Origin: the human T2T-CHM13v2.0 reference genome, Homo sapiens
Length of the DNA stretch: 64,000 nucleotides
Assembly: GCF_009914755.1 (NCBI RefSeq)
Contig: NC_060927.1
Direction: 5' to 3' (one strand)
Part shown: piece after piece, positions 50,172 through 64,000 of the stretch
How the letters are laid out: each line of letters opens with the position of its first letter
How positions within the stretch are numbered: the stretch's first letter is position 1
Translations under genes and position numbers: made by a program
Notes under the pieces: model-generated
Database searches by the model: none
Seen by the model: the letters and a program-made list of their open reading frames with translations, nothing else
Told to the model about the DNA's origin: nothing

Positions 50172-52720
50172 GGAAAAGAAGCGGCTTGCCACTGCAAACT
50201 CCCTGAGAAAGACGAAAAACTGCGGGTGCTCAAAATGTAAGGGAGGAAAGTCTTTCTCCAAACATACATCCTCACTGGGGAACCTGAAAATCCAGATCAT
50301 GGGAGAAGGATTTAACCTTACCTAGACCTGAAATGAATTTAAAGAGCCAAGCAAAATATAAAAGTAGAGGCAGCAGAAAGAGCCTTGTAGGCACTCTTGT
50401 TCCCCAAGGAAGCCATTTCTGACTTTATCTCACAGGGGCCCTTGGGGAGGGCTGCCACTGAAATTGAGAGGGACAAGAGGGAGAAGGCAACTTCCAGCTG
50501 AACTTCATAACAATTTTAACTGGGTGTGAATTTTCCTGGACAGAATCTAGGGGTCAGGGAGCAAATGAGATATGCAGATACAAGCGCAGAAGCTGTGGCA
50601 GGCAGGGAGGGACAGGGCCTGAAAGCCCTTTTTGCTTTCTCAATGCGGAGGCTTGTATCCTGGTGCAAAATCTCAGCCCTGCTCACCAGCTGCCTGGATA
50701 TAAAATTCAGTGCTGTTGGTGGGGCATGGTGGGAGTAAAACTGGCCTTGCTGGCTGCATGCAAGCTGGATGAGGCCTGTCACTGCTGGCCTTCCCCCACT
50801 TCCCTGGCAGCCAGTATGACACAGCAGAGACACCCATAATCCCCTAGAAACATAACTTGATTAGCTTGAGAACCACACCCCCATTCCCCACAGCAGTTGC
50901 AGCAAGCTCCGCCCAAGGAAAGTCTTGAGTTCAGACACCCCTAAACCTGCCCCTACCTGATGGTCTTTCTCTACCTCCCCTGGCAGCCAAAGACAAAAGA
51001 CATAATCTCTTGGGAGCTCTATGGCTCTGCCCATTGTCTGAGAAACTCGAATACTTATCCAGGTGACCTTAAGGAAAGCTTGTATCCCCACTATACTACT
51101 GCAGCTGATGCAACTCTGGAAAGTACCACCTCCTGGTTAAAGGCAAACAAACTTAAGCCATTACAGCAACTCATAAAAGAACAACCCTACTCCAAGAAAA
51201 AAGAAAACAACAGCTAATTCCACCATCTATAACATTCTGGCTAACCAAAGGTCTTGAGTCTGTCCATGTGACAATTCCACTGCTACCACAACCAGCATTT
51301 GAGAAAAACAGCACAAAACAAAACTATGACCAAGGACCATCACAGAGTCCACCTCACTCCCCTGCTACCTCCGCTGGAGCAGGTGCTGATATCCAAGACT
51401 GAGATATCTGAAGACAGGTCACATCAAAGGACTCTTTGCAGACACTTTCCTAGTACCAGCCCAGAGATCGGTAGCTCCACTGTGTGCCTAGACCCAGAAG
51501 GGCAATAACAATCACTGTCGTCCAGCTCTCAGGAAGCACCATCACTAGCAGAAGGGGAAGAAAACCACATCAAGGGATCACCCTGTGGGACAAAAGAATC
51601 TGAATAGCTGGCCCTGTGCCCCAGATCTTTCCATTGAAACAGTGTACCCAAATGAGAAGGAAGCAGAAAAACAATTCTGGTAATATGACAAAGCAAGATT
51701 TGTTAGCACCCCCAAAAGATCACACTAGCTTACCAGCAATGGATCCAAACCAAGAAGATATCTCTGAATTGCCAGAAAAAGAATTTAAAAGGTTGATTAT
51801 TAAGCTACTCAAGGAAGCACTAGAGAAACATGAAAAACAACTTAAAGAAATGTTAAAAATTATACAGGATATAGATTAAAAACCTCTCAAGAAATAGATA
51901 GCATAGATTAAAAAACCATCACAACTTCTGGAAATGAAAGACACACTTGGAGAATTGCAAAATACACTACAAAAAGTTTCAACAATAGAATCAAGCAAGT
52001 AGAGTAAGAACTTTAGAGCTTGAAGGCAAGGATTTTGAATTAACCCAACCCAACAAAGACTAAGAAAAAAGAATTTAAAAAATGAACAAAGAATATGCAT
52101 TCTATTCATTACCACATGGAACAATCTTCAAGATAGACCATATGATAGGCCACAAAATAAGTCTCAATAAATTTAAGAAATTCAAAATTATATCAAGTAC
52201 TCTCTCAGACTACAGTGGAATAAAATTGGAAATCAACTCTGAAAATAACCCTCGAAGCCATTCAAATACATGGAAAATAAATAACCAGATCCTGAATGAT
52301 CATTGGGTCAACAATGAAATCACGATGAAAATTTAAAAATTCTCTGAACTAAACCATAATAGTGACACAACCTATCAAAACCTCTGGGACACAGAAGAAG
52401 TGGTGCTAAGAGGAAAGTTTATAGCATTAAACATCTACATCAAAAAGGCTGAAAGAGCACAAATAGACAACATAAGGTCACATCTCAAGGAACTAGAGAA
52501 ACAAGAACAAACCAAATCCACACCCAGCAGAATAAAAGAAACAACAAAGATCAGAGCAGAAGTAAATGAATTAAAAAAAAAAAGATAAATGAAGCAAAAA
52601 GCTGGTTTAAAACTGATAGACCATTAGTGAGATTAACCAAGAAAAGAAGAGAGAAGATCCAAATAAATTCAATTAAAAATGAAACAGGAGATATTACAAC
52701 CCATACCACAGGAAATAAAA
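50172..52720 (+). mobile_element. L1PB-like element: 5'UTR, partial ORF1 and partial ORF2, internally deleted and 3'-truncated, TSD-flanked
   Basis: L1PBa-type 5'UTR (GAAAATCCAGATCATGGGAGAAGGATTTAACCTTACC). ORF1 fragment 51616-51879 (DPNQEDISELPEKEFKRLIIKL). ORF2 EN fragments 52082-52588. TSD CAGAA(A/T)ATGGATAGG at 50157-50171 and 52721-52735. Confidence 0.82.
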
Positions 52721-52735
52721 CAGAATATGGATAGG

Positions 52736-53764
<1,029 letters not shown>

Positions 53765-55608
53765 TGATATGGTTTGGTTGTGTCCCCACCCAAATCTCAT
53801 CTTGAATTGTAACTCCCACAATTCCCACAAGGAATCTGGTTGGAGGTAACTAAATTATGGGGCGGGTCTTTCCTGTGCTGTTCTCATGATAGTGAATAAG
53901 ACTCACCAGATCTGATGGTTTTAAAAATGGTAGTTTCTATGCCCAAGCTCTCTTTCTCTTTGCCTGCCACCATCCATTTAAGATGTGACTTGCTTCCTCT
54001 TGCCTTCTGCCACAACTGTGAGGCCTCCCCAGCCATATGAAGTTGTAAGTCCATTAAACCTCTTTCTTTTGTAAATTGCCAGTCTTGGTTACGTTTTTAT
54101 AAGCAGCATGAAAACGAACTAACATAGTAAATTAGTACAAGTAAAGTGGGGCACTGCTGAAAAGATACCCAAAAATGTAGAAGTCACTTTGGAACTGGGT
54201 AACAGGCAGAAGTTGGAACAGTTTGAAGGGCTCAGGAGAAGACAGGAAAATGTGGGAGAGTTTGGAACTCCCCAGAGACTTGTTGAATGGCTTTGCCCAA
54301 AATGCTGATAATGATATGGACAATGAAATCCAGGCTAAGATGGTCTCACATGAAGATGAGGAACTTGTTGGGAACTGGAGCGAAGATGACTCCTCTCATG
54401 TTTTAGCAAAAAGACTGGTGGCATTTTGCCCCTGCCCTAGAGATCTGTGGAACCTTGAACTTGAGAGAGGTAATTTAGGGTATCTGGCAGAAGAAATTTC
54501 TAAGCAGCAAAGCATTCAAGAGGTGACTTGGGTGCTGTTAAAGGCATTCAGTTTTAAAAGTAAAACAGAGCATAAAAGTTTGGAGAATTTTCAGCCTGAC
54601 AATGCAATAGAAAAAACAAAACAAAGCAAACATTATCTGAGGAGAAATTCAAACTAGCTGCAGAAATTTGCAGAAGTAATGAGAAGCCAAATGTTAATTG
54701 CCAAGACAATAGGGAAAATGTCTCCAGGGCATGTCAGAGACCTGTGAGGCATCCTGTTCCATCACAGGCCTGGAGGCCTAAGAGGAAATAATGGTTTTGT
54801 GGGCTAAGCCCAGGGCCCCCCTGCAGGGATTTGGTGCCCTGCACCCCAGCTGCTCTAGCCATGGATAAAATGGACCAAGGTGCAGCTTAGGCACCACTTT
54901 AGAGAGTGTAAGCAACAAGCTGTGGCAGCTTCCATGTGGTGTTGAGTCTGCAGGTACACAGAAGTCAAGAATTGAGGTTTGGGAACCTCTGCCTACATTT
55001 CAGAGGAAGTTTGCTGCAGAGGCTGGGCCTTCATGAGGAACCTCTGCTAATGCAGTGTGAAGGGGAAATGTGGGATCATAGCACCCACACAGAGTCCCTA
55101 CTGGAGCACTGCCTAGAGGAGCTGTGAGAAGAGGGCCACTGCCATCCTCCAGACCCCAAAATGGTAGATCCACTGAGAGCTTGCACCATGTGCCTGGAAA
55201 AGCTGCAGACACTCAATGCTAGCCCATGAAAGCAGCCAGGAGGGAGGCTATACACTGCAAAGCCACAAGGATGGAGCTGCCCAAGCCTGTAGGAGCCCAC
55301 CTTTTGAATCAGCATGACCTAGATGTGAGACATTGAGTCAAAGCAGATCATTTAGGAGCTTTAAGATTTGACTGTCCTGCTGAATTTTGAACTTGCATGG
55401 GGCCTGTAGCCCCTTTGTTTTGCCAAATTTCTCCCAGTTGGAATGGCTGTATTTTCCCAATGCTTGTACCCTAGTTGTGTCTAGGAAGTAACTAACTTGC
55501 TTTTGATTTTATGGGCTCACAGGCAAAAGGGACTTGCTTTGTCTCAGATGAGACTTTGGACTATGGACTTTTGAGTTAACGCTGAAATGAGTTAAGACTT
55601 TGGGAAAC
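53765..55608 (+). mobile_element. THE1B-like MaLR: 5' LTR (53765 to about 54126) plus internal region, 3' LTR missing
   Basis: TGATATGGTTTGGTTGTGTCCCCACCCAAATCTC LTR. Internal region starts GTAAATTAGTAC..GTGGGGCACTGCTGAAAAGATACCC and ends GAGTTAAGACTTTGGG at the L1 5' end. Confidence 0.9.
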
Positions 55609-56771
55609 TAAGGACTCTCTTCCGAGATGGCCGAATAGGAACAGCTCCAGTCTGCAGCTCCCAGCGAGATAGATGCAGATGAGTGATTTCAGCATTTCCA
55701 ACTGAGGTATCTGGTTCATCTCATTGAGACTGGTTGGACAGTGGGTGCAACCCACAGAGGGTGAGCCGAAGCAGGGTGGGGCATCACCTCACCTGGGAAG
55801 CACAAGTGGTCAGGGATTTCCCTTTCCTAGCCAAGGGAAGCCATGAGAGACTGTACTGGGAGGAATGGTACATTCCTGCCCAAATACTACACATTTCCCA
55901 CCGTGTTTGCAACCAGCAGACCAGGAGATTCCCTCCAGTGCCTGACTCAGGGGGTCCCACACCCATGGAGCCCAGCAAGCTGAGATCCATTGGCTTGAAA
56001 TTCTTGCTGCTAGTGCAGCAGTCTGAGATTGACCTGGGATGCTGGAGCTTGGTGGGGGGAGGGGCGTCTGCCATTGCTGAGGCTTGGGTAGGTGGTTTAA
56101 TGCCCACAGTGTAAACAAAGCTGCCGGGAAGCTTGAACTGGGCAGAGCCCACCACAGCTCAGCAAAGCCAAGTGCCTCTCTAGAGTCCACCTCTGTGGGC
56201 AGGGCATATCTGAATAAAAGGCAGCAGCCCCAGTCAGGGACTTATAGATAAAACCCTCATCTCCCTGGGACAGAGCACCTGGGGAAAGGGACAGCTGTGG
56301 GCAAAGCTTCTACAGACTTAAATGTCCCTGCCTGACAGCTCTGAAGAGAGCATGTTTCTCCCAGCGCAGTGTTCAAGCTCTGATAATGGACAGACTGCCT
56401 TCTCAAGTGTGTCCCTGACCCCCATGTAGCCTGACTGGGAAACACCTCCCAGCAGGGGCTAACAGACACCTCATACAGGAGAGATCTGGCTGGCATCTAG
56501 CAGGTGCCCTTCTGGAATGAAGCTTCCAGAGGAAGAATCAGGCAGCAATATTTGCTGTTCTGCAGCTTCTGCTGGTGATACCCAGGCAAAAAGGGCCTGG
56601 AGTGGACTTCCAGCAAACTTCAACAGACCTGCAACTGACGGGCCTGTCTGTTAGAAGGAAAACTAACAAACAGAAAGGAATAGCATCAATATCAACAAAA
56701 AGGACATCCACACCAAAACCCCATCTGTAGGTCACCAACATCAAAGACCAAAGGTAGATAAAACCACAAAG

Positions 56772-57798
56772 ATGGGGAGAAACCAGAGCAGAAAGGCTGA
56801 AAATTCCAAAAGCCGGAATGCCTCTTCTCCTCCAAAGGATCACACTTCTCGCCAGCAATGGAACAAAACTGGATGGAGAATGAGTTTGATGAGTTGACAG
56901 AAGTAGGCTTCAGAAGGTGGGTAAAACAAACTTCTCCGAGTTAAAGGAGCATGTTCTAACCCATCACAAGGAAGCTAAAAACCTTGAAGAAAGGTTAGAG
57001 GAATGGCTAAACTAAAATAATGAGTGTAGAGAAGAAAATAAATGACCCAATGGAGATGTAAAATACAGCACGAGAACTTCATGAAGCATAAACAAGTTTC
57101 AATGGCTAATTTGATCAAGCAGAAGAAAGGATATCAGTGATTGAAGATCAAATTAATGAAATAAAGCAAGAAGACAAGATTAGAGAAAAAAGAGTGAAAA
57201 GAAACTAATGAAGCCTCCAAGAAATATGGGACCATGTGAAAAGACCAAATCTATGTTTGATTGGTGTACCTGAAAGTGACGGGGAAAATGGAACCAAGTT
57301 AGAAAACACTCTTCAGGATATTATCCAGGAGAACTTCCCCAACCTAGCAAGGCAAGCCAACATCCAAATTCAGGAAATACAGAGAACACCACAGAGATAT
57401 TCCTCAAGAAGAGCAACCCCGACATACATCATCATCAGATGCACCAAGGTTGAAATGAAGGAAAAAAATGTTAAGGGCAGCTGGAGAGAAAGGTCTGGTT
57501 ACTCACAAAGGGAAGCCCATCAGACTAACAGCAGATCTCTCTGCAGAAACCCTACAAGCCAGAAGAGAGTGGGAGCCAATATTCAATATTCTTAAAGAAA
57601 AGAATTTTCAACTCAGAATTTCATATCCAGTCAAATTAAGCTTCATAAGCAAAGGAGAAATAAAATCCTTTACAGATAACTAAATGCTGAGACATTTTGT
57701 CACCACCAGGCCTGCCTTACAAGAGCTTCTTGAAGGAAGCACTAAACATGGAAAGGAACAGCCAGTACCAACCACTGCAAAAACATGCCAAATTGTGA
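56772..57798 (+). pseudogene. L1 ORF1, disrupted
   Basis: Fragments 57236-57595 (KRPNLCLIGVPE) and 57468-57683 (KGKPIRLTADLSAETLQARREW). Frameshifts and stops. Confidence 0.9.
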
Positions 57799-57861
57799 AG
57801 ACTACTGATGCTATGAAGAAACTGAATCAACTAACGGTCAAAACAACCAGCTAGCATCATA

Positions 57862-60680
<2,819 letters not shown>

Positions 60681-60681
60681 A

Positions 60682-61740
60682 ATTGACAAATGGGATCTAA
60701 TCAAACTAAAGAGCTTCTGCACAGCAAAAGAAATTATCCAGAGTAAATAGACAACCTACAGAATGGGAGAAAATATTTACAAACTACACATCTGACAAAT
60801 GTTTAGTATCCAGAACCTACAAGGAACTTAAACAAATGTGCAAGCAAAAGCAATAAAAAACAACCTCGTTAAAAAATGGCCAATGACATGAGTGGATTAT
60901 TTTCAAAAGAAAACATATAAGGCCAACAAGCATATTAAAAAATGTCCAATATTGCTAATCATTAGATGAATGCCAGTCAAAAAGCCAAAGAGATATCATC
61001 TCACACCAGTCAAAATGGCTATTGTTAAAAACTAGAAAAATAACAGATGATGGCGAGGTTGCAGGAAAAAAGGAATGGTTATACGCTGTGGGTAGGAGTG
61101 TAAATTAGTTCAACCATTGTGGAAAGCAGTGTGGTGATTCCTCAAAGAGCCACCATTTGACTCAATAATCCCATTACTGGGTATATATCCAAAGGAATCA
61201 TTCTACCATAAAGACATATGCACATGTATGTTCATTGCAGCACTATTCACAGTAGCAAAGATATGGAATCAACCTAAATGCCCATTAACAACGAACTGGA
61301 TAAAGACAATGTGGTACATATACACTGTGGAATGCTATGCAGTCATAAAAAGAAAGAGATTGTGTGATTTGCAGAAACATGGATGGAACTAGAGGCCATT
61401 ATCCTTAGCAAATCAACACAGGAACTGAAAACCAAATACTGCATGTTCTCACTCATAAGTGGGAGCTAAATAATGAGAACACATGTACACAAAGAGGGGA
61501 ACAACAGACTCTGGGGCCTACTTGAGGATGAAGGTGGGAGGAGGGAGAGGTTCAGAAAAAAACAAGCAACTATCGGATACCATGTTTACAGTACCTGGGT
61601 GACTAATCTGTACAACAAACTCCCGAGTCATTAGTTTACCTATATAACAAACCTGCACATGTATTCCTAAATGTAAAATAAAAGTTAAAATGTTTTTAAA
61701 AATCAATGACTAAGGAAAGAAAAAAAAAGAAAAGAAAAAT
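60682..61740 (+). mobile_element. Old primate L1 (L1PA13-16-like): ORF2 end, 3'UTR and A tail
   Basis: ATCATTCTACCATAAAGACA, GGAGGGAGAGGTTCAGAAAAA, TACCTGGGTGAC..AATCTGTACAACAAAC and AGTTTACCTATATAACAAACCTGCACATG are old-L1PA 3'UTR diagnostics. Visibly more diverged than the sequence upstream of 60680. Confidence 0.85.
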
Positions 61741-61993
61741 ACTTCAGGCTGGGCTACAGAGTAAGGAGACATCCTATGGGAAGAAAGGTCTCAGCCTCTG
61801 GCTTTCTCAGCAGGGCCTCAGACATACAGATGAGGACATATTAGGCCCAGTTGATCCCCTACGTAAATAAAAAGCATGAGGGATGCCAGGCAAGAGCAGC
61901 ATGAGCATTCCACAGCCAGACCACACAATTGTGAGACTTAATAAATCATTGCTTTAAGCCACTAAGTTTTAGGATGGTTTATTAACCAATACA
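61741..61993 (+). mobile_element. MLT1H/G-like LTR, 3' half
   Basis: CACACAATTGTGAGACTTAATAAATCATTGCTTTAAGCCACTAAGTTTTAGGATGGTTT...AACCAATACA is the MLT1 3' terminus. Confidence 0.7.
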
Positions 61994-62741
61994 GGGGATT
62001 AAGTTAGTCCAAAAATAAGTTCGGCTCTTGTTGCTCTAGCCCTCACAAATCATTTATTAAAAGTGCTTCTCAAAGCTTAATCATGGTGAGAATAGTTAGC
62101 CCCCTAAATTAGTGCATGTTTATGTTTATAGATTAATTGACATCCTTGTTTAGTATCAGATACAGACAAGATCTTAGATACTACTCTTATCCATAGTTAA
62201 TAAAGAAATAATGTTCTATATTGATTACCTTGCCTGAAAGAATCAGTCTATTGCTTAGAATCATGTTGCAGCTTTGATGAAAACTATTTTTTCCTTTGAA
62301 ACACCAATGTCAGATAGTGCCACATCCCTCCAATGGAGGAAAGGAAGACTCCTTATCCTTCTAAATCCTATCCTAAGCCTAAAATATTTGACTCACACTC
62401 CAGGGGTCTCAAAATTTAAAACCTTTACAATAAAGTCATGCTTCCTGAGAAAGACAACAAATATCAGTGGAAAAAAAAAAAGAAAAAAAACACCTTGTAT
62501 TGAGTCTAATTTACAATCCACTCACACTTGAACTGCCAGTGTCATTCAGTTAAGAACTAAACACGACCTTGAAGGGTGGCTGGTTCAGTGTTTTCAAATA
62601 CTGTTTTTAATCCAGAGTTATTTTCTTTTCTTCCCATATGCCTTATTTTTCCCCAAATCAAAAGAGTTAAGGAATTTCCTACCTTAATAATGACTTAGTT
62701 AAGAAGTATTAGAGTTAGAGGATAATTTTATTTTATTTTTT

Positions 62742-63267
62742 ACGATGACGTGCTGGTAAATGTTTAAAACCAATTCTCTGTAAAAAAGAAATGTGTGCAG
62801 ATACATATATATGTAATTTTACTATAAATTTTCATGATATAAAATATGTGTAGCACACAATTTATAAGACACAGTAAAATATAAGAATATTTATTATAAA
62901 TTCTGTGTAGCCAATGATTCTCCTGAAAAACATTCATTAATATTTGTCAAAGATTTTTTTTATATGTAGCCAACTTATGGTACAAACCAACCATGATTTG
63001 CCAAATGGAATTGTGTTCCAATCCAGTAACTCTTTTCTCAAAAAATTTATTATCATTTAATGTGATATATGACTAAACTAGTTCTCTCACTTTTGTACAA
63101 ATTATATCCAGTAAATTGAAACTTCTTTTATTTTCAGCACAAGACATGACATACGTTTAAGTTTAATCTTCATTATTTACATTTACTTATTACTTTCTTC
63201 AGTCTAGATAATCAACAAAACAATAAACCAAACCCTTATTATAGTATTTGCAGATTTCTATGGTACA
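62742..63267 (-). mobile_element. hAT-Blackjack DNA transposon fossil, MER63-like
   Basis: GTGCTGGTAAATGTTTAAAACCAATTCTC terminus and AAACCCTTATTATAGTATTTGCAGATTTCTATGGT resemble the reverse complement of MER63. Confidence 0.65.
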
Positions 63268-63869
63268 TGCTACAGTTTAAATGTGTCCTCTAAAGACCAT
63301 GTGTTAGAAATTTAAGCTAGACCTAAGCAGAAAGGAACAGGACAAAGAAATTAAATTTGGAGAAGGAATATTCACAGCCTTGTATGTGTATGAAATTTTT
63401 CTTTACCTTAATCTCTTATATTCCTATTCCCTTGCTCTACTCTTTAAGGATACTGTTCTCCCTCCACGTGATCAGATAAAAACTCTCCCAATTTTTTACT
63501 CAGGCTCCAGGACTGAGGCAGTTGAGATGAATGACTTTTAAACTCTAGCACTGCAGTGATACTCAGGAGTACTTCTAAAGAACTCGTTAACACATCAGGT
63601 TAATATCCCATTTGGCTGCTAAAGTATGCAGAAAATGCTCTTCTGTATTTACTGTGTAGACTCTCAAACCCTCATTAAGAGTGCACATATTCAAGATTGA
63701 ATTTTCACACTTGACTCTGGCCAAGCTTCTGAGTGATAAGCACTGATTTCTTTTATTTCCTTGACTTTATTTGGCTACAAGCATGTGGTTTCTCTGGAAC
63801 CTTCTTTGAACCCAAAATGCTTTCTCTGCTTGAATGTATTTATGGTCTTTGCCTTAATTTTCTGTATTT

Positions 63870-63985
63870 TAGTCTCTATGGGTCTTTCTAGTCTTCCTCC
63901 TTAGAATATAATCTCTTTGAGAGGACGAATGGTGTTTTATTCTTCTTCATATTCTCTGAAGACACAGTGTCTTGCAAGACTCACA
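63870..63985 (+). mobile_element. LINE-2 3' fragment
   Basis: TTAGAATATAATCTCTTTGAGAGGAC...TGTTTTATTCTTC...ACACAGTGTCTTGCA. Confidence 0.5.
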
Positions 63986-64000
63986 GCTGATGTCTTGTAA

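Overview
AT-rich primate genomic DNA (human or great ape, judged from AluY and L1PA3 copies). It is non-coding and dominated by transposable elements. I see no host protein-coding exon, and no CRISPR array, rRNA or intact tRNA. Every long ORF in the track comes from L1, Alu or MaLR sequence. Main contents: a full-length, TSD-flanked but inactivated L1PA3-like element (16170-22230, -) that retains an open 114-aa antisense ORF0; a ~12.5-kb nested insertion complex (about 49-62 kb) splitting an MLT1 LTR and containing an old L1, a 3'-truncated TSD-flanked L1PB, an Alu, a THE1B and an L1PA7/8 fused to the old L1's 3' end; about 15 LTR elements, mostly on the + strand; 8 Alus; MIR, L2 and L3 relics; and hAT DNA-transposon fossils. 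The most unusual small features are a tailless 5'-half tRNA-Gln(CTG) retrocopy with an 18-bp TSD and a putative pre-tRNA leader, an unexplained ~50-60-bp sequence present twice 3.9 kb apart, and a CpG-rich LTR22. I cannot support a new biological system from this sequence. Subfamily names come from recalled consensus diagnostics and need RepeatMasker/Dfam confirmation.
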